Part shown: piece after piece, positions 12,173 through 25,934 of the stretch
How the letters are laid out: the number at the start of each line of letters is the position of its first letter
Numbering within the stretch: position 1 is the first letter of the stretch
Assembly (NCBI GenBank): GCA_022813965.1
Contig: JALDZS010000112.1
Span: 1 to 64,000, forward strand
Reading direction: 5' to 3'
Length of the DNA stretch: 64,000 bases
From: Toensbergia leucococca
Taxonomy: Eukaryota
Position numbers and translations under genes: made by a program
The notes under the pieces: generated by a model
What the model was told of the DNA's origin: nothing
Databases searched by the model: none
Seen by the model: the letters and a program-made list of their open reading frames with translations, nothing else

Positions 12173-15014
12173 CTATGGGGTTGCCTGCAAATAGTAGAAT
12201 GTCAATACTTGCTGAAAAGGTAGAGTGAGTCTTTCATGATAGGAAGGCTCACAACATTGCAGAGCCACATGACCCCTAGAATAACAGCAAGTCTTACTCG
12301 CAAGTCCTCCCGGAGCAGTCTAGTCAATCCACCCAGTGACCTCGTGCTGTATGCTTCCGCACGTGTGCTTTGGAGCTCTCGTCTCTCGAGCTTAGTAGGG
12401 CTTTTAGTTTGAGGTAAGTCCAACGGCGACGATTCCTGCCCTGCACCTCGTGGATCCTCGATCTCAACGTCTGCTCGTCCCTCGCTTGGATCGATTACCC
12501 ACGATGTGATCGTACCTGTAGCACTGGCTACATGCCAGCTTACCCAGACGAAAATTATGGTAATGAGTGCGAAGTCTTGCTGCCTTCCATTAACGAAATT
12601 TGTGTTCCGACCGAAAATACCAAGACTGAGTAAACCTTTGGTGTCTCCTGCCATCCAAATATGGAATTGCAGAGTAAAAGTCTCCAGTGAATGTCGACCA
12701 AGCCATGCGAAAACTGACGAGTGAACATTTCGGATGTGTCGACTGCAGTTTCGAAGCACGACAAAGGAAAGGATTGGAAGAAAGGATATGTATGGCTGCC
12801 ACCAATTGTAATGGAATTTGTCAGGTGATCTGCGAGTGAGAAACCAAAACCCGGGTAGGACCACCACTGCCAGAACGATCGAGAAAAGTCGCAAAGCGGA
12901 GAAGTATTTACGGACAATATCGAGACCATGACTAGGATCTCTCCCTCGCTTAGCATCCGTAATTTTTATTGACAGAATGCCCGCTATCATGCCAATGTAC
13001 ACAATGTAGACATCGAGCAAGTTGCGAAACCGCCATTCGCTGACATTCCAATTGATTTGGCATGCCATCTTCAAGGACCAGAAAATCGCCTCAAGAACAC
13101 CAGGCACTCTATTAAGAGCTGTGACGACACTCGCAGATACTATGATCTTACCTATCAAAAAGAAAGAAGATGAGTTTCTCGAGCAACCAAGTCTCATAGT
13201 GATGTATACCACCGTGAACCAGAACGTAATCAAGGGCGCAAAATAATAGAAAAGATAGTCGGTCCGCATAATATATGGCAGAAGGCAACTCAAGAGGTTT
13301 ATTCTTATAAGGACCGATGCACATCGACGAAGGGAGTAATCGCCCTTGCGGTAGAAGAAGACAGTGTGACCGAACCCAGTCATAAAAAGGTAGGAAGCAA
13401 CCAGTAGACGGACAATCACATAGATCCATAGGATTTTTGAAGCTCCGGTGTAATGATAGATCAGGATCACGAACTGCATCCAGCCTTTCCACTCATCGGT
13501 CTGATCTCTTGAGAGAAATGGCTGGTCTTGTATTTCTTGACTGGAAGGAGATGTGCTTCGCAACGTTGGTCTCGATGATGATCGACGTATTGAGAGAAGC
13601 CCCAGTACGAGCGAGATTGCAGATAATGTCATGAAGTCCGTAGAATTGTACCGCTTCTGGACCTTGTTGAACAGTTGAGTACGGTCTGCATAGAAGCAAT
13701 AGCAAATTGCTAACGCCAGTACCAGGAGAGCTCGAGATATCTTTCTAGATGGCAATGATTTGAGTCGTCTAGAGTCTAATTAACGGTATTAGATGGTCCG
13801 ATCAAGACCGATGACTTAGAGCCTACCTTTAGCGGTGACTAGAACAAGGATGGGTATCACTATAATTGAAAGAAAGAGTGTGAGCCGTTGAACACGATCT
13901 AGCTGTCTGTAGTTACTGCAACAAGTCTTGTCGAATGGGTATTCTCCGAAATGTGCCAGTTTTGCATTGCATCTCATGTTCAGAAGTACGTCTGCCTTTT
14001 GGTTGGCAATGATGTCGGTGGCATGTACCCCCATTTCATCATACGCAACTTTCTTTTCCGAAGTCATGAGCAAGTAGCTCCAGACAATATTCGCGCCTTC
14101 AAACTCCGATAGTTGTTGGAGGTAGTCATTCATCGCGGCGACTTTTTCAGGGGTGATTAAAGCAGATCGTTCTGGAGAGAGGGAATTATATAGAGGAACT
14201 TGGACTGGCGCGAGGAGCAGGAGGTTCTCGAAGAGTCGTCCTCCAGAGGCCAGTCGGGAAGACGGTAATGTCAGGGTTTTCGAATCCCTAGATTTCATGA
14301 AATATACGATGTCATCGACCGAGTCCTTGAAATTTTTGAGAGGAGCAGATTCACTATGTAGTGCAAACCACAGACCTCCACCAATCACAATCATAGCCGC
14401 ACTCTCAGGCCTAGTTTGATTTCCATCAGGAAGAGGCGAGACTGCTCGATAGGAGGTTAATTCTTGGTGCAATCTCGAAGAATTGAAGAAAGGATCCCAG
14501 ATAAAGTCGAGAGCAACGCCAGCTTTACCAAAGCTTTGGTCCTTATGCTTCTCTGCTTCCGTCATTTGTCTAGTCATTTGCTCCTTAGCGCCTTTTGCGT
14601 CCAGTTTCTTTGCGGTAGCCCAGAAAATCTGTCTTGTTGTAGAGTCGCCTATGTAGACAATCCTCCTGGACTTCAGGCACGTGGAGATATCCATTGCTTT
14701 GTAATCATACATCATACATCCCGGCGGCTGCCAGTCTTGGAAGGATGGGGCGATGTCAGTCTCTCCCGGTATATCAAGCCATTGCCCACGAGTTAACAAA
14801 GCTTCACACTTATAGGGATCATGGGCGTCTGTTTCTTTTGATTAGCCAGCAGATCAAAGGACAAAGTAAAGACAGGCTGGAGCAAGCTCATACCCAGCAA
14901 ATGGTAGCGATAGTGTAGCCCCAGAACGATACCAAAGAATAGTAACAAAAATGCACGATCTAGTGTCAGTAAGAGTGTCGGCAGCCTCGAGGCAGAATTA
15001 CGAGACCGAATCAT
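12173..15014 (-). CDS. Cas1p-family (CASD1-like) multi-TM O-acetyltransferase, 4 exons
   Basis: Luminal SGNH-like domain (DPYKCEALLTRGQW, IGDSTTRQ) followed by a TM domain with FLSRDQTDEWKGWMQFVILIYHY, RLLVASYLFMTGFGH and SLETFTLQFHIW. Confidence 0.92.
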
Positions 15015-15626
15015 AGTGATGACGATCTAGGAGATACTTAGGTTGCAATGGAGAGGTGGAAGGGAACCGTACCTAGGCTAACGATTAGATAGAGTCAGTA
15101 GAGGAAAGGTTGACAAGATAGACTATGTTGAACTCGTAGCGACGTGAATATACGTGTGAGGGAGAGACTCACCAGTGATATTACCTGCCTACCTACCTAG
15201 TCTCCACGACCAATTGCAATCAGCATAAACAAAGCATCTTTTTGTATTCACTGACACACACGAGTCATGAGGCAGAACCCGGAATACGTCCACAACAAAA
15301 GTACAATCTTGTAAGAGATTGCTAAGGCATGTTCTAGACTTGCGTCTCTTCATTTCTTGGACCCTATTTGGTTCACTTTTCGGGAGTATGCAAAAGAATT
15401 GTGCTCTTGATACGAGATCAACACACCAAGGTTGATGATTCGGAGCACGACACTTGATGAGAGAACCAAGAGATATGCGGGTTCACTGTCTTGAGCTTTT
15501 AGCCGCATCAAGTACGAAGTAGAAAGATAAATTAAGAAAAGAGTCTGCCTCCAGATGTATCCATCACATACTTCGCCAGACGCCTCGCTAAATCGCAAAA
15601 CATTTGGAATCCAATTCTTGATTGTT

Positions 15627-18015
15627 TCAAACCTCAACCAAGGGCTGAAGTGCATTTGGTTCCTGCGCTGGTTCGGAATGATTACCAGTCTCGCCACTTT
15701 GATGTCCTCCACTTGTAGGGTCAGCCACTGAATCAGGTTGTCGTCTTTCTTCCTCTTCTTGTCTTGCTCGCGCTTCCCGTTCCATCCTCTCTACCCCACG
15801 TACTGCTTCTGCCACGTTCCTTGCAGCGATATGTCGCTCGCCTACGCCAGGTATCAAGCTAGCAACAAATAATGCAACAGCCCTTTCGACTCTTCTCAAG
15901 TTCTGTCGAATGATACTTCCAATCCTACTATCTCGTTCCTGTAGCAATCTTGCAGCTGCTTCTTCCGGGGTCGGTTCACCAGCTGCCTGCCGAAAGCCTT
16001 GACTCCTCCCGACGCTGATATCATTGCCGTTAGGGTTCTCTCTTACAGCAGGACGATCATTGCCAGCGATGGGCAGTAGGCCCTCCACGTGTCTCCTCAA
16101 AGGTCCCAAAATCATTTCCACTACAGGCTGGAAGAAGCTTTGAGAGAGGAACATCAAGATAGCACATATGCCCAAAAGAACAGTACGACGCCACCCGCCG
16201 CCGTTTGCAAAGAAGTATACAAAGCCCAAAAGCCGGAGCATCAACCACAAATGCCCTCCAAGCGGCAGGAGAAGTCGGACTAAGTCCCGGACCTGGTTCA
16301 CTTGCTCTTGCTGCTGATTTTGTTCTTGGGCTTGTTCGACATTCGCCGGGGTCCCAGGAGGTTGCTGTGCGTTGACTTCGATTGGAACGTTAATAGTCCG
16401 TGTAGGTGCAATCTCCGGTGGCTGATGCAATATGATGTGGGCACCGTTCATCGTAGTTGGATTTTGCATTGCAGTACCATACGACCCAGAAGGCGAGAAT
16501 AGCAATGCCTGTGGACCGGTCGGCGATGACAACACGTAGACAGTAGACACTTGGGACGCGGAAGGGGATGCTGTTTGTTCGGAGCCAATGCGTGCTTCAG
16601 ATCTTGATGGATGAGCACGCAATTGTCCGGCTTGAATCGATAAATTGTTCAATCGAGTTTGCAAAGTTCCTACGACGCCATCACCCAAGTGATTTTGCTG
16701 AGAGATCAGGCCTCTTAGTAACGTCCGTACTTGCATGAACTCGCTTTCGGAAGGGGACAGCCCACTCGCTAAAGTCGTCTCTAAAGATGAAAGTCGTTGA
16801 TGTACTAATATGAGTGAACTTCTTAAAACTTGACTCCGATGGTCTATGATACCTGCAAACGTTGGGTCTGCTGCTGGTATTCCAGAGACATGCGTAAAAT
16901 GTGGTGGATTAGAGCTTCCATTTCCTGGTGTTGAGATCCTCGGTGGGGTAGCATTACTCGCATGAAGTGTAGTGCGCTCGATACCAGCCTGAGCTTGGTT
17001 CTGACTGTTAGCAGAGCTAGGGAATGCAGGCGTAGTCTCGACAACTACCCGGCGGTGTTCTCCATTTGGACCTTGACTCTCGTACACGCTAGTACTGGTA
17101 TTCCCTTGTACAGTAGTTGAGTTCTGACTGTTACCGGGCGCTAAAAAGGGCCCGCGCTGCTCGAATGGTGTACTATTCCTCTGGGCGTCCTGGCCTGGGG
17201 CTTGGTATCCTACGCCCTGCATTCCAAGAGCAGCTCTAGCCTGTTGCTGCTGCGCTATAGCTTGTTGGAATGATTGTTGAGGGAGATGAGACTGATGATC
17301 AGGCATGAACGTAGGCTGATTTTGAGCGCCCAAAGCAAACTGCGTTCCAAACTGCGCTCCAACTTGTTGACTCAATGCTGTAAGATGGTTGTTTAGAACG
17401 TTTTGTAGGTGTGGCGGTAGTGGACCTTGAGAAAGGGGCATATTCTGAGGGACCATGGGAAATGGCTGCGGGACAAGCACTTGGCCATCTCGAATGATAG
17501 TATGCTGAATTGAGTGCCGCAATATGGGAGGTTGCTGAGCACCCGGTGATTGCATGGCCGACGTTGGCCTAGAAGGCATTGGAGATTGTGAAGTGTCATT
17601 GTGACTCGGTATTTGATTCGGCACAGCAAGCAGAGGTGTCGAGACTGTGGTCGGTGGTAGAACGAGATGTAAGGAGAGGGCCTCGGAGCTGTTTATCTAG
17701 ATTTATGTCATCAGATTGTAGGACAGCACTATATGATATGGCACATACAATATCTTGAGTGAACACGTCCTTCAACGTCGTAGCATCTTGAGTTAACGCC
17801 TTGCCTCTGTAGATGAGCCTCTGTCTCTCTGGGGCAGGTCTTGTCGGGATAGCTTCGCGAATCCTCGTTTTGAGTTCACCAATGGTCGTAGATACATGAA
17901 TGATAGGGAATGTAATCTTATTAGGAACTTCTGATGACGGTGAGAGTACATGGAGGACGATGTTTTGTTGATCCTGTGTGGAGTCATGTCGGCTCTGAGA
18001 ACCTCTTTCTTCCAT
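15627..18015 (-). CDS. Ubiquitin-like-domain membrane protein (Usa1/Herp-like architecture), 2 exons
   Basis: N-terminal UBL (LHVLSPS..TTIGELK..QRLIYRGKAL..LHLVL), a Q/P-rich middle, a TM hairpin (HLWLMLRLLGFVYFF) and C-terminal LFVASLIPGVGERH. Confidence 0.75.
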
Positions 18016-18264
18016 GTTATGGCCTTTTAGGTAGGTTGGAGCGAAAATGGACCCGTTCTATAACAGACCTTGAAGGAGGGTGGATGAATCGGGCAGATGT
18101 TTTGCAGGTGATCTGGCATAAGATCATAGGTAGGTAGAATAAGGTAGGGCTAAGGGCGCGCTAAGCACGAAGCTCTAAATTTAGCTGCGGCTCACGGCCA
18201 AAACTTGACAGGATCGGTAGTGCTTGAAGAGTGCCATGTAATTTCATCCTCGAATGCTGCTTCG

Positions 18265-19980
18265 ATGGCAACTGTGAGGGTCGGAAGATGCGCTTTGTAC
18301 CGCAGATATGACTTTGTGCGTCACTTCGCAGCTTCAGCTCGTCAGGCCAAGGAAGCCGGTCATGCAGACAAAGGCTCTTTCCGATCACGGCTCTTTCCTG
18401 CTCTCCGGAATACCAAGACTGAATGGTATCCCATTCCGGTAGGTGTCGGTATCAGCTTCCTCGGGCTTTTCCAATTCTATAGGGTGCGGCGCCGGGAGAA
18501 GCAGAGGCAGGATGACGAAGCAGAAGATCAGGCGGCGGGAAATGGCAATGAAAACCGAGAGAAAGGGCGACCCACGAAGAGAAAGAGGATAAGACCGAGC
18601 GGCCCTTGGTAAGACTACGTGTGACTTCAGTTTGGGCTCCCCTTAATCAATGGGTACAGGCAAGTTCAAATCATGTCGACGCTTCCTCTCAAAGCAATAT
18701 CACGGGTATGGGGTAGATTCAACGAGCTCAAAATTCCATACTACCTACGTGTCCCAGGTTTCAGGTTGTATTCTTGGATTTTTGGGGCTAAGTGGGACTG
18801 CACGAGTATCTCCATTGATGAAAGCGCCGACTGACTGGCCGATCATAGCCTCTCTGAAATATCCGAGGAGGATCTTCATAACTATCCTAATCTTGCTTCC
18901 TTCTTCTACCGAACCCTTAAACCTGGAATTCGTCCTCTAGATTCTAGCCCTTCGGCCCTTCTATCTCCAGCAGATGGGCGCATCCTGCAATTTGGGACGA
19001 TTGAAAATGGCGAAGTAGAGCAAGTGAAAGGAATGACATATAGCTTGGACGCGCTTCTCGGGGCGGAGCCACCAAATTCGACTGTTTCACAAAGCATCAT
19101 CGTGGATGATAAACCCCCGGTATTAAGCCGATCATCGCCAAAGACAGGGGATGAAGATGTCGTAAGGGCTGACGAAGAATTTGCAAATGTTAATGGGATC
19201 TCTTACACTTTGCCCAATCTCTTCTCGGGTCCAGCAGCTCAGCAGGGCTCACCTCCGGCAACATCAATGGACGCGTCTACAACCCCAAAGTCGGCCTCAG
19301 AAGCCGAAGTTCGCGCAGAATTCTCTCTTGGAGACGGTAGCCGATCTTGGTATTCTCCAGCATCGAAGAAAAACAGCCCGACAGCATTGTATTACATTGT
19401 GGTGTACCTAGCTCCAGGCGACTACCACCGCTTCCATTCTCCAACATCGTGGATTGCTGAGAAGCGCCGGCATTTTGCAGGGGAATTGTATAGCGTCTCT
19501 CCCTATCTACAGAGGACGTTGCCCGGGCTATTTACCTTGAACGAAAGAGTAGTGTTACTGGGCCGCTGGCGGTGGGGCTTTTTCAGTTTCACACCTGTCG
19601 GAGCTACTAATGTTGGATCAATAAAGATAAATTTTGATCGTGAGCTCCGCACGAACAGCCTGACTACGGACACAGCAGCAGATCGGGCAGCGGAGCAAGC
19701 TTCACAGCGGGGCGATCCCTATTCAGGTTTCGCCGAAGCGACTTATGCAGAAGCAAGTAAGATTCTTGGAGGTCATGCATTGCGCAAGGGAGAAGAGATG
19801 GGTGGCTTTCAATTGGGAAGCTCAATAGTGCTGGTCTTTGAGGCTCCCAAAGGTCATCGGAAAAGTTTCGATGAAGGATGGGAAGATGAAGGGTCAAGGA
19901 AAGGCGGATGGCGCTGGGGTGTACAAAAAGGTCAAAAGGTCAAATTCGGAGAAGCCATAGGATGGGTCGATGATGCATAA
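18265..19980 (+). CDS. PSD1: Mitochondrial phosphatidylserine decarboxylase proenzyme, 3 exons
   Basis: WYPIPVGVGI, SPADGRIL, YLAPGDYHRFHSP, VGATNVGSI and the autocleavage motif FQLGSSIVLVF. Confidence 0.95.
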
Positions 19981-21005
19981 ATTGATGGGATCATGGAGAA
20001 GCCCAGACGAGCTTCAATGTCTATCGTCTTCTCATTCGAAAGCTTCGACAGGAAATTTGCAACATACCTGCTCATACGCCAAACGTGTATGCATAGGGCA
20101 CGTAACAGTCTATACATATGTATTTACTGACATTTGAGAGTTCTTCGAAAAGCCAGAGCCAAGATCTACCAGTCCTGGATAAGTCAGTCCACTCCAAAAA
20201 CTCAACAGGATCTTGGTCAGCGCCTGGGTCAATTGCTGCTAGATTGCTATCCACGAGGAGAACTGGTGCTGTCAATGTCGGCTAAATCAACCTTGCTTTC
20301 TCACTCCTCTATTCAATCCACTTCACTGCACTCATCCGCAATTGTCTTCCTAAATTTAGTCCTTGTTCGCACATTATAAGAGGCATTCAAGCTCTACTGT
20401 TGACGAATTCAGTAACCCTATCTATCCTATCTATAGGTATGAATTGGCTAATACTTGAATGAGGCAGTTCACTTAGGATTTTCGTGTTCTGGGTAGGTCC
20501 TATAAGTACGTCCTGAATTTTCAAGCTACACTCCTGGTCTTGGCGGCACGAGAGGTGCTTTGGCTGAAGTAAGTGGCTAGATAGGACAAGCTTTAAACCT
20601 GACTTTGGACCTTTGTAGCCAAATGCTGCCGTCCGAGGCTTACAGCTTATGTGGCTCACGAGTCCCTGACGCATTTAGCAGACATCCGGCCAGCAGCACA
20701 GTGCGTACAGAAGATATCAAGCAGACTGAGAAAGACCTTTACCTTAGGAGTGACACACGGAAAACTATCTTCCTTTTGAGCATTTGAACTCCCGCCTTGT
20801 AGGGCTTGTTGGACCTCATCTGACGTCAACTTGAGATTGTAATATTTCTCCCCATGCAAGGGCTGCAACAGTCATGTCTCAGCTTAATCAAAAAACTACA
20901 TTCCATGTCTCCTTCTCCCATCAATTGCGCCGGCTAGATGCCTATTGTCCGCTGGGCATCTTAGTGTTCGCGTTCTACCTTTCCTTGACCACCACTTCGG
21001 CCGTG

Positions 21006-22502
21006 ATGTCCACGACGCTTGCACATGCTTTGACAGGCCGAAATTGTATTATCACCACTGCCCTAATCTGCTTTTTCACCGTGACTCTCTCTTTTCACTC
21101 TATTCTGAATGACCAGACTCAATACCGACCTAAAGCTAATGACATTTACCCCCAAGCTCTTTCTAATGACTTCGTTCTCGCAGGGCCAGCCGATTATGCT
21201 GTCAAACGAGTTCACTATGATTGCGAAGGCTTCCCGGAGACGACGAATATCTTGCTGGTCATGAAAACTGGAGCAACCGAGGCCTTCTCCAAGGTCCCCA
21301 TTCACCTTACAACTACTCTGCAATGTGCCAAGAACTTCTTACTATTTTCCGATATGGAGCAAAACATTGCCGGTCACCGCGTGATTGATGCACTCGATGA
21401 TGTTGCCGACAGCATCAAGAACCGTAACGGGGATTTCGACCTCTACCGTCAATTGCAGGAATACCGGAGTGTCAACGGGGATCCTAGAGATCTGGTGAAA
21501 AATGAGGGTCAGAACGCATGGACTCTCGACAAATACAAGTTCCTGCATATGCTCGTGAAAGCCTTCAAAGAGAAACCCGACATGCCGTGGTATGTCTTTA
21601 TCGAGGCCGATACAGCCTTGATCTGGACGAACCTGGTCCAGTTCCTGCGAGGCCTTGACGCGACCGAGCCCCATTACATAGGCTCACCGTCTTACCTCGG
21701 GGACCTTGAGTTTGGTCACGGTGGAAGCGGTTTCATTGTCTCTGGTATGACGGTGAGGAAGCTAATTAGTATGAACCCCAACATAGCCGCAAAGTATGAC
21801 GACGTCATGGATCAACACTGTTGCGGTGATGGCGTCTTTGCTCTAGCCCTTCGAGACATAGATGTGAAGCTAAGCAAAGCGTGGCCAATGATGAATGGCG
21901 AGAAGCCAATCTCAATTCCTTTCAACCGAGAACATTGGTGCCGTCCAGTCATCACAATGCATCATCTCTCGGCGGAAGAGACCTCGCAAGTGTGGTCGCT
22001 CGAGCAGGAAAGAAAGAAAAAAGGCATCAAGGTAAGCAACCTTCAACAACGATATCCCATCACCTTAGACTATCTCCCCTTAACCTCCATTAAGGACCTC
22101 CTTCTATTCGCCGACCTCTACCACCACTACGTCGCCCCTCACCTCACCTCCCCCACCCGCGAAGACTGGACCAACCTCTCCGACGACACCATCTTCCACG
22201 ACCCTCCCTTAGACGACCCCACCCACACCTATCGCGACGACCGCACCTGGCACGACCTCACAGAAGTCGAAAAAGCCTCCTTCTCATCTTTCGAAAACTG
22301 CCGCCGGGCTTGCGACCAAGCGGACGACTGCGTGCAGTACCAATTCTGGGACCGTAAATGCGCGCTGCATAAATCGATTCGTCTAGGCAAGAAGGATGCC
22401 GGTGGGGACAGCGTCAGGTTTTCATCTGGATGGAATCTGGAGCGGGTGGGGGCTTTGGTGGGGGCCTTAGGGGAGTGTGAGGGGCCGGAGTGGGTTTTGT
22501 AA
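21006..22502 (+). CDS. Glycosyltransferase family 31 (Fringe-like) with C-terminal PAN/apple-like Cys domain
   Basis: TM anchor, LVMKTGATE, WTLDKYKF, WYVFIEADT (DxD-like), FGHGGSGF, CCGD and ITMHH, then a C-terminal CRRAC..CVQY..C module. Probable intron at 22032-22094. An in-frame upstream ATG at 20874 is an alternative start. Confidence 0.88.
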   Translation: MSTTLAHALTGRNCIITTALICFFTVTLSFHSILNDQTQYRPKANDIYPQALSNDFVLAGPADYAVKRVHYDCEGFPETTNILLVMKTGATEAFSKVPIHLTTTLQCAKNFLLFSDMEQNIAGHRVIDALDDVADSIKNRNGDFDLYRQLQEYRSVNGDPRDLVKNEGQNAWTLDKYKFLHMLVKAFKEKPDMPWYVFIEADTALIWTNLVQFLRGLDATEPHYIGSPSYLGDLEFGHGGSGFIVSGMTVRKLISMNPNIAAKYDDVMDQHCCGDGVFALALRDIDVKLSKAWPMMNGEKPISIPFNREHWCRPVITMHHLSAEETSQVWSLEQERKKKGIKVSNLQQRYPITLDYLPLTSIKDLLLFADLYHHYVAPHLTSPTREDWTNLSDDTIFHDPPLDDPTHTYRDDRTWHDLTEVEKASFSSFENCRRACDQADDCVQYQFWDRKCALHKSIRLGKKDAGGDSVRFSSGWNLERVGALVGALGECEGPEWVL

Positions 22503-22858
22503 GGACGGGGCCTCATGTAGATGGAGAGGTGACATTGAAGAGATGAAAAGAGTACGTTTCCGATGGTGGTTCTGCGTTCGATGTAGATATAGACATAGAC
22601 TTTCGAGATTTTCGGCGTGGAGCAGGCGTCCGACAAGAGAGATGGCATGGCTTTGTACCAAATCACTGGCTGAAGTATTCTAACGGCGGGGCATAATGGT
22701 ACGGGAATAAGTGACGGATCTACTAGGCGCATTCTCTCGGAAAAAAGAAAAGGAAGGGGGGCAGAAAACAATGTGGTAGGTGGGCTTGGAGATTTGTAGC
22801 TTCGTCTCCTTGCGTTCTTTTTCGAACCAAATAGAGTAGGCCATGTTTTTTTTCCCCC

Positions 22859-22892
22859 AAGACAGAACATGTTTCGTCCATGCCCAAGAAAG
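22859..22892. repeat. Degenerate dispersed repeat, copy A
   Basis: AAGACAGAACATGTTTCGTCCATGCCCAAGAAAG matches 42668-42701 at 29/34 positions. Confidence 0.55.
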
Positions 22893-23533
22893 CATATTGA
22901 AGAAACATGTCTTTTTCTTCAAAAGCAGAGCACATGTCATATAAAAATATGAAACAAGACTTTCTTCGGATAGGGGTGTCAATGTACTTATTGAAAAGGG
23001 GTGTCATTGTATATCAACACCCTTATGCTTCCACACCTGCTCCTCTCAATAAAAAGGTGGATATGACTAGATACAGTGACCATGGAGCGAAAAACCCAAC
23101 TAGCGCCATGCGCAGATACTGTCGTCTTCGTGATGGCCATAATAGCAAAGAAACAATGCCTTTCCGGCAAACTCACTTCATCTTTTCCGCGCCTGCTCGA
23201 GTCTCGCATCTCATGAGCAAGTGAAGCAAGATGTCTTTCTATGTCAATGCCGATTCCATGGGGCTTCAAAGGTTGGGAAAGGGAGCTAGAGGAAGCAGGA
23301 GTGGACTAGGCGGGAGGTTGATGGGGAAAAGCGGGTGAGAAAAATGGTCGAAGTTTTAGGGAGCTTGTTGGGAGACAAAAGTGAAAGTGGAGGGTATCTA
23401 TAGGGATTGTGATACACTGATACTTTTATTTTGATTCTCGTACATTGACATCCCTATCGAAGAAAAACACATTTAATTCCAAAGGGACAAATTTTGTTTC
23501 CACGTGGAGCTAAAAGGCCACAAAGCGAAATTG

Positions 23534-25934
23534 CTATTGCGCAGCACTTCCCATAACCCCTCGAAGAATATCACGTCCGCTCTCCAGCTTCTTGATCTTG
23601 TCCAATAGGAGATCTCTCTGACGTTTCACCGACGGAGGCTCAGAGGCGATGAGTTCTGTGTCGGCGTCTGAGAGGCTGTTTACGACGATGGGAGAGAAGA
23701 TACTCTCGAGATCACGCACGAGATGTCGTTCAACGACTTGGGTGGTCACATTATCGATAAATGTCTTTTGTTGAAGCTGGTTGATGGGTTTGAAATGAGC
23801 AATGCTTATGGAAGGGTTTTTTGAAACGAGGTACTGACCTTGTAGATCGAGTGCAAGGAGTCTAGAGCTTCCTCGCAGCTATATTTTTCCATGTCGGGGT
23901 CAATTGCTTCAGAATATGCTCGTGCTCCTTTAGCCAGGGCAGTTTTCAGCGAGGTATCATCTGAGTGATCATTAGCGAGGTGTTCCGTAGCATCCTCCAT
24001 ACATCCGACTATGGTCTTCTGAATTGTTTTGTTACGTCTCTTCTTAATTGTATCAGTGTAATAGTGATTGTATGTAGACGGAAAACTTTTTAAGTCTTGC
24101 AAAATCCTTTCCAATTCTTGCAGGGTTTTCTCCGACCTAATTTTGAGAGTGTCTTCAATTTTGGTTGACCAAATGCGTGTATAGACGTCTTTCGGGCATT
24201 GTGATGAGAGTAGGCCCTTAGCGAAGTGACGACAGATGTCAGCAACATCCTCGACGTGATCCTCAGCCATCTTTCGCCATTTCTCGGACTGCTCCCAGAA
24301 AAGCTCGCCGATAAGCAGCGGATTGAATGCACCTGGCAGCTCTTTGCCGCGAGTACGGATGAGGGCTCGCCTGACCCAGTCAAGGGCCTCAGATTTAGAT
24401 AATTTGTACGGTAGCTCGACTTCTCTTCCAGGGACAGCGGGAAGGCTTTTCATACCAGGAATTAGGTCCTCAAGAGCCGTTAGAGCTTCTCTTGGTTTCT
24501 CGGAACTGAAGACCTCCAGTGGTTCTGACTTATCGATGTGGAACTTGTAGCCTCGCGTACGTAGGAGTTGAGAAAATTGAGTGTTCAAGTACTGAACGAC
24601 GGCCCGAAGTCTACAAATCGTTGTTGGCGACTGCAGTGAGAATGTAGTATCGGTGTCGCAAGTGAAATAGTCCCCTTCGTAATGTCCGTTGACAGCAGCT
24701 TTACCCAACTGAAAAAAATTGAGACTAAGCTGCATCAAAAAGGCCTTACATTCCTCCCGGGTGGCTCTGGGTTTACCCATGGCCTCCAACTGGCTTCTAG
24801 ATTCCGTCAATTCTTCGTCAAGGTCCTCACGTAATTTAGGCAGTTCCTGCTTGACGTGATTGAAAAGTAATTGGCTCAAGCGGTTTCGTAAAGAAGTGAT
24901 TCCTACACAGTCTTTGGGTAGTGTGGAGAAATTCGACTTCCGGAAGTATTTGACTTCAGATGCGTTACGTTCGTCGAATGAGCTGGAGGTCTGCTCAAAG
25001 CTTCGATTCTTTAGAACGTGCCATCCTAATTTGAAGAATATATCTTCGTTACGCGCAAGGCCAATAAACGATGTCTCGCTACCGGATCCTGAAGATAGCC
25101 GATCGGGTTTGGTAACAAGTCCAGGTGTACGTTCTCCTTTGGGATCAACTTCGCGGACCTTTTTGAGGATACCTTGGTTGGCGTAGTCATTAGTGGCAGA
25201 GACCACGGCCAAGCAGATTGTACGATGCTGAGAGATGTACTGATCAGTGATTTCTGTGACAAGCTGAACTTCATCTCCCGTTACCCCTTTAGTCTGGGTT
25301 TGGATCAAGCCGGGAAGATCGACTAAAGTAAGTTGAGGTCGAGAATGACCTTCGATCTCAATACTCAAAACATCCTTGAAAAAGGCCTTAGAGTTGGACG
25401 CTTGGCCACTGTTGATGCCCATAAGAGTCGTTGCTTTGTCCATCAGGGCAGGAAGCTCATCAAAGCTCGTAATCGACTCTCTGAAAGCTTCAATTCGAGT
25501 ACGCTCCTCAGTAGGCCTGTCACTGTCTGGAATGACTTTAATGGTAATCGCATCGCTGGTTGCACGGCGTAGAATTATTTCTGTGGCAAATCGGGTACAG
25601 AGGTTGTCGTTTCGAGGAAAAGGAATTTCTGTGAGAGCTTCGAGGACTGAGCTTTTACCGGCTGACTGATCACCGCAAACAACAAGCTGTGGAAGAGACA
25701 GCATGCTCTCAAGGCCGTATTTTCGAAGCTGATCTACAATGTTCAGCACATTCCGTTGCTCGTCGCTTTGAAGGCCTTCGAGTGACGAAGTTGTCTCAAG
25801 TGCTTTCAAAAGGTCTTCTTCCTCATATTCCGCTGTGTCGAGATCGTGTGAATGTTCTAATCCAAAGCGTTTCAGTGAGCAATCTATAATCTATAGGATA
25901 CTTAGAGAGGCAACGGGGTTTTACCCGAAGACAT
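23534..25934 (-). CDS. Dynamin-family large GTPase (fungal Mx-like DLP) with GED domain, 3 exons
   Basis: G1 VVCGDQSAGKSSVLE, G2 CTRFATE, G3 LVDLPG and G4 TKPD are intact. The stalk carries RTRGKELPGAFNP, and the last exon encodes a GED (KTFIDNVTTQVVERHLV). The first exon MSS is spliced in frame. Confidence 0.92.

Noticed and set aside
12173..15014. 'Cas1' gene as a sign of CRISPR
   Set aside because: It is a Cas1p/CASD1 O-acetyltransferase, which shares only the name. There is no repeat-spacer array in the window.
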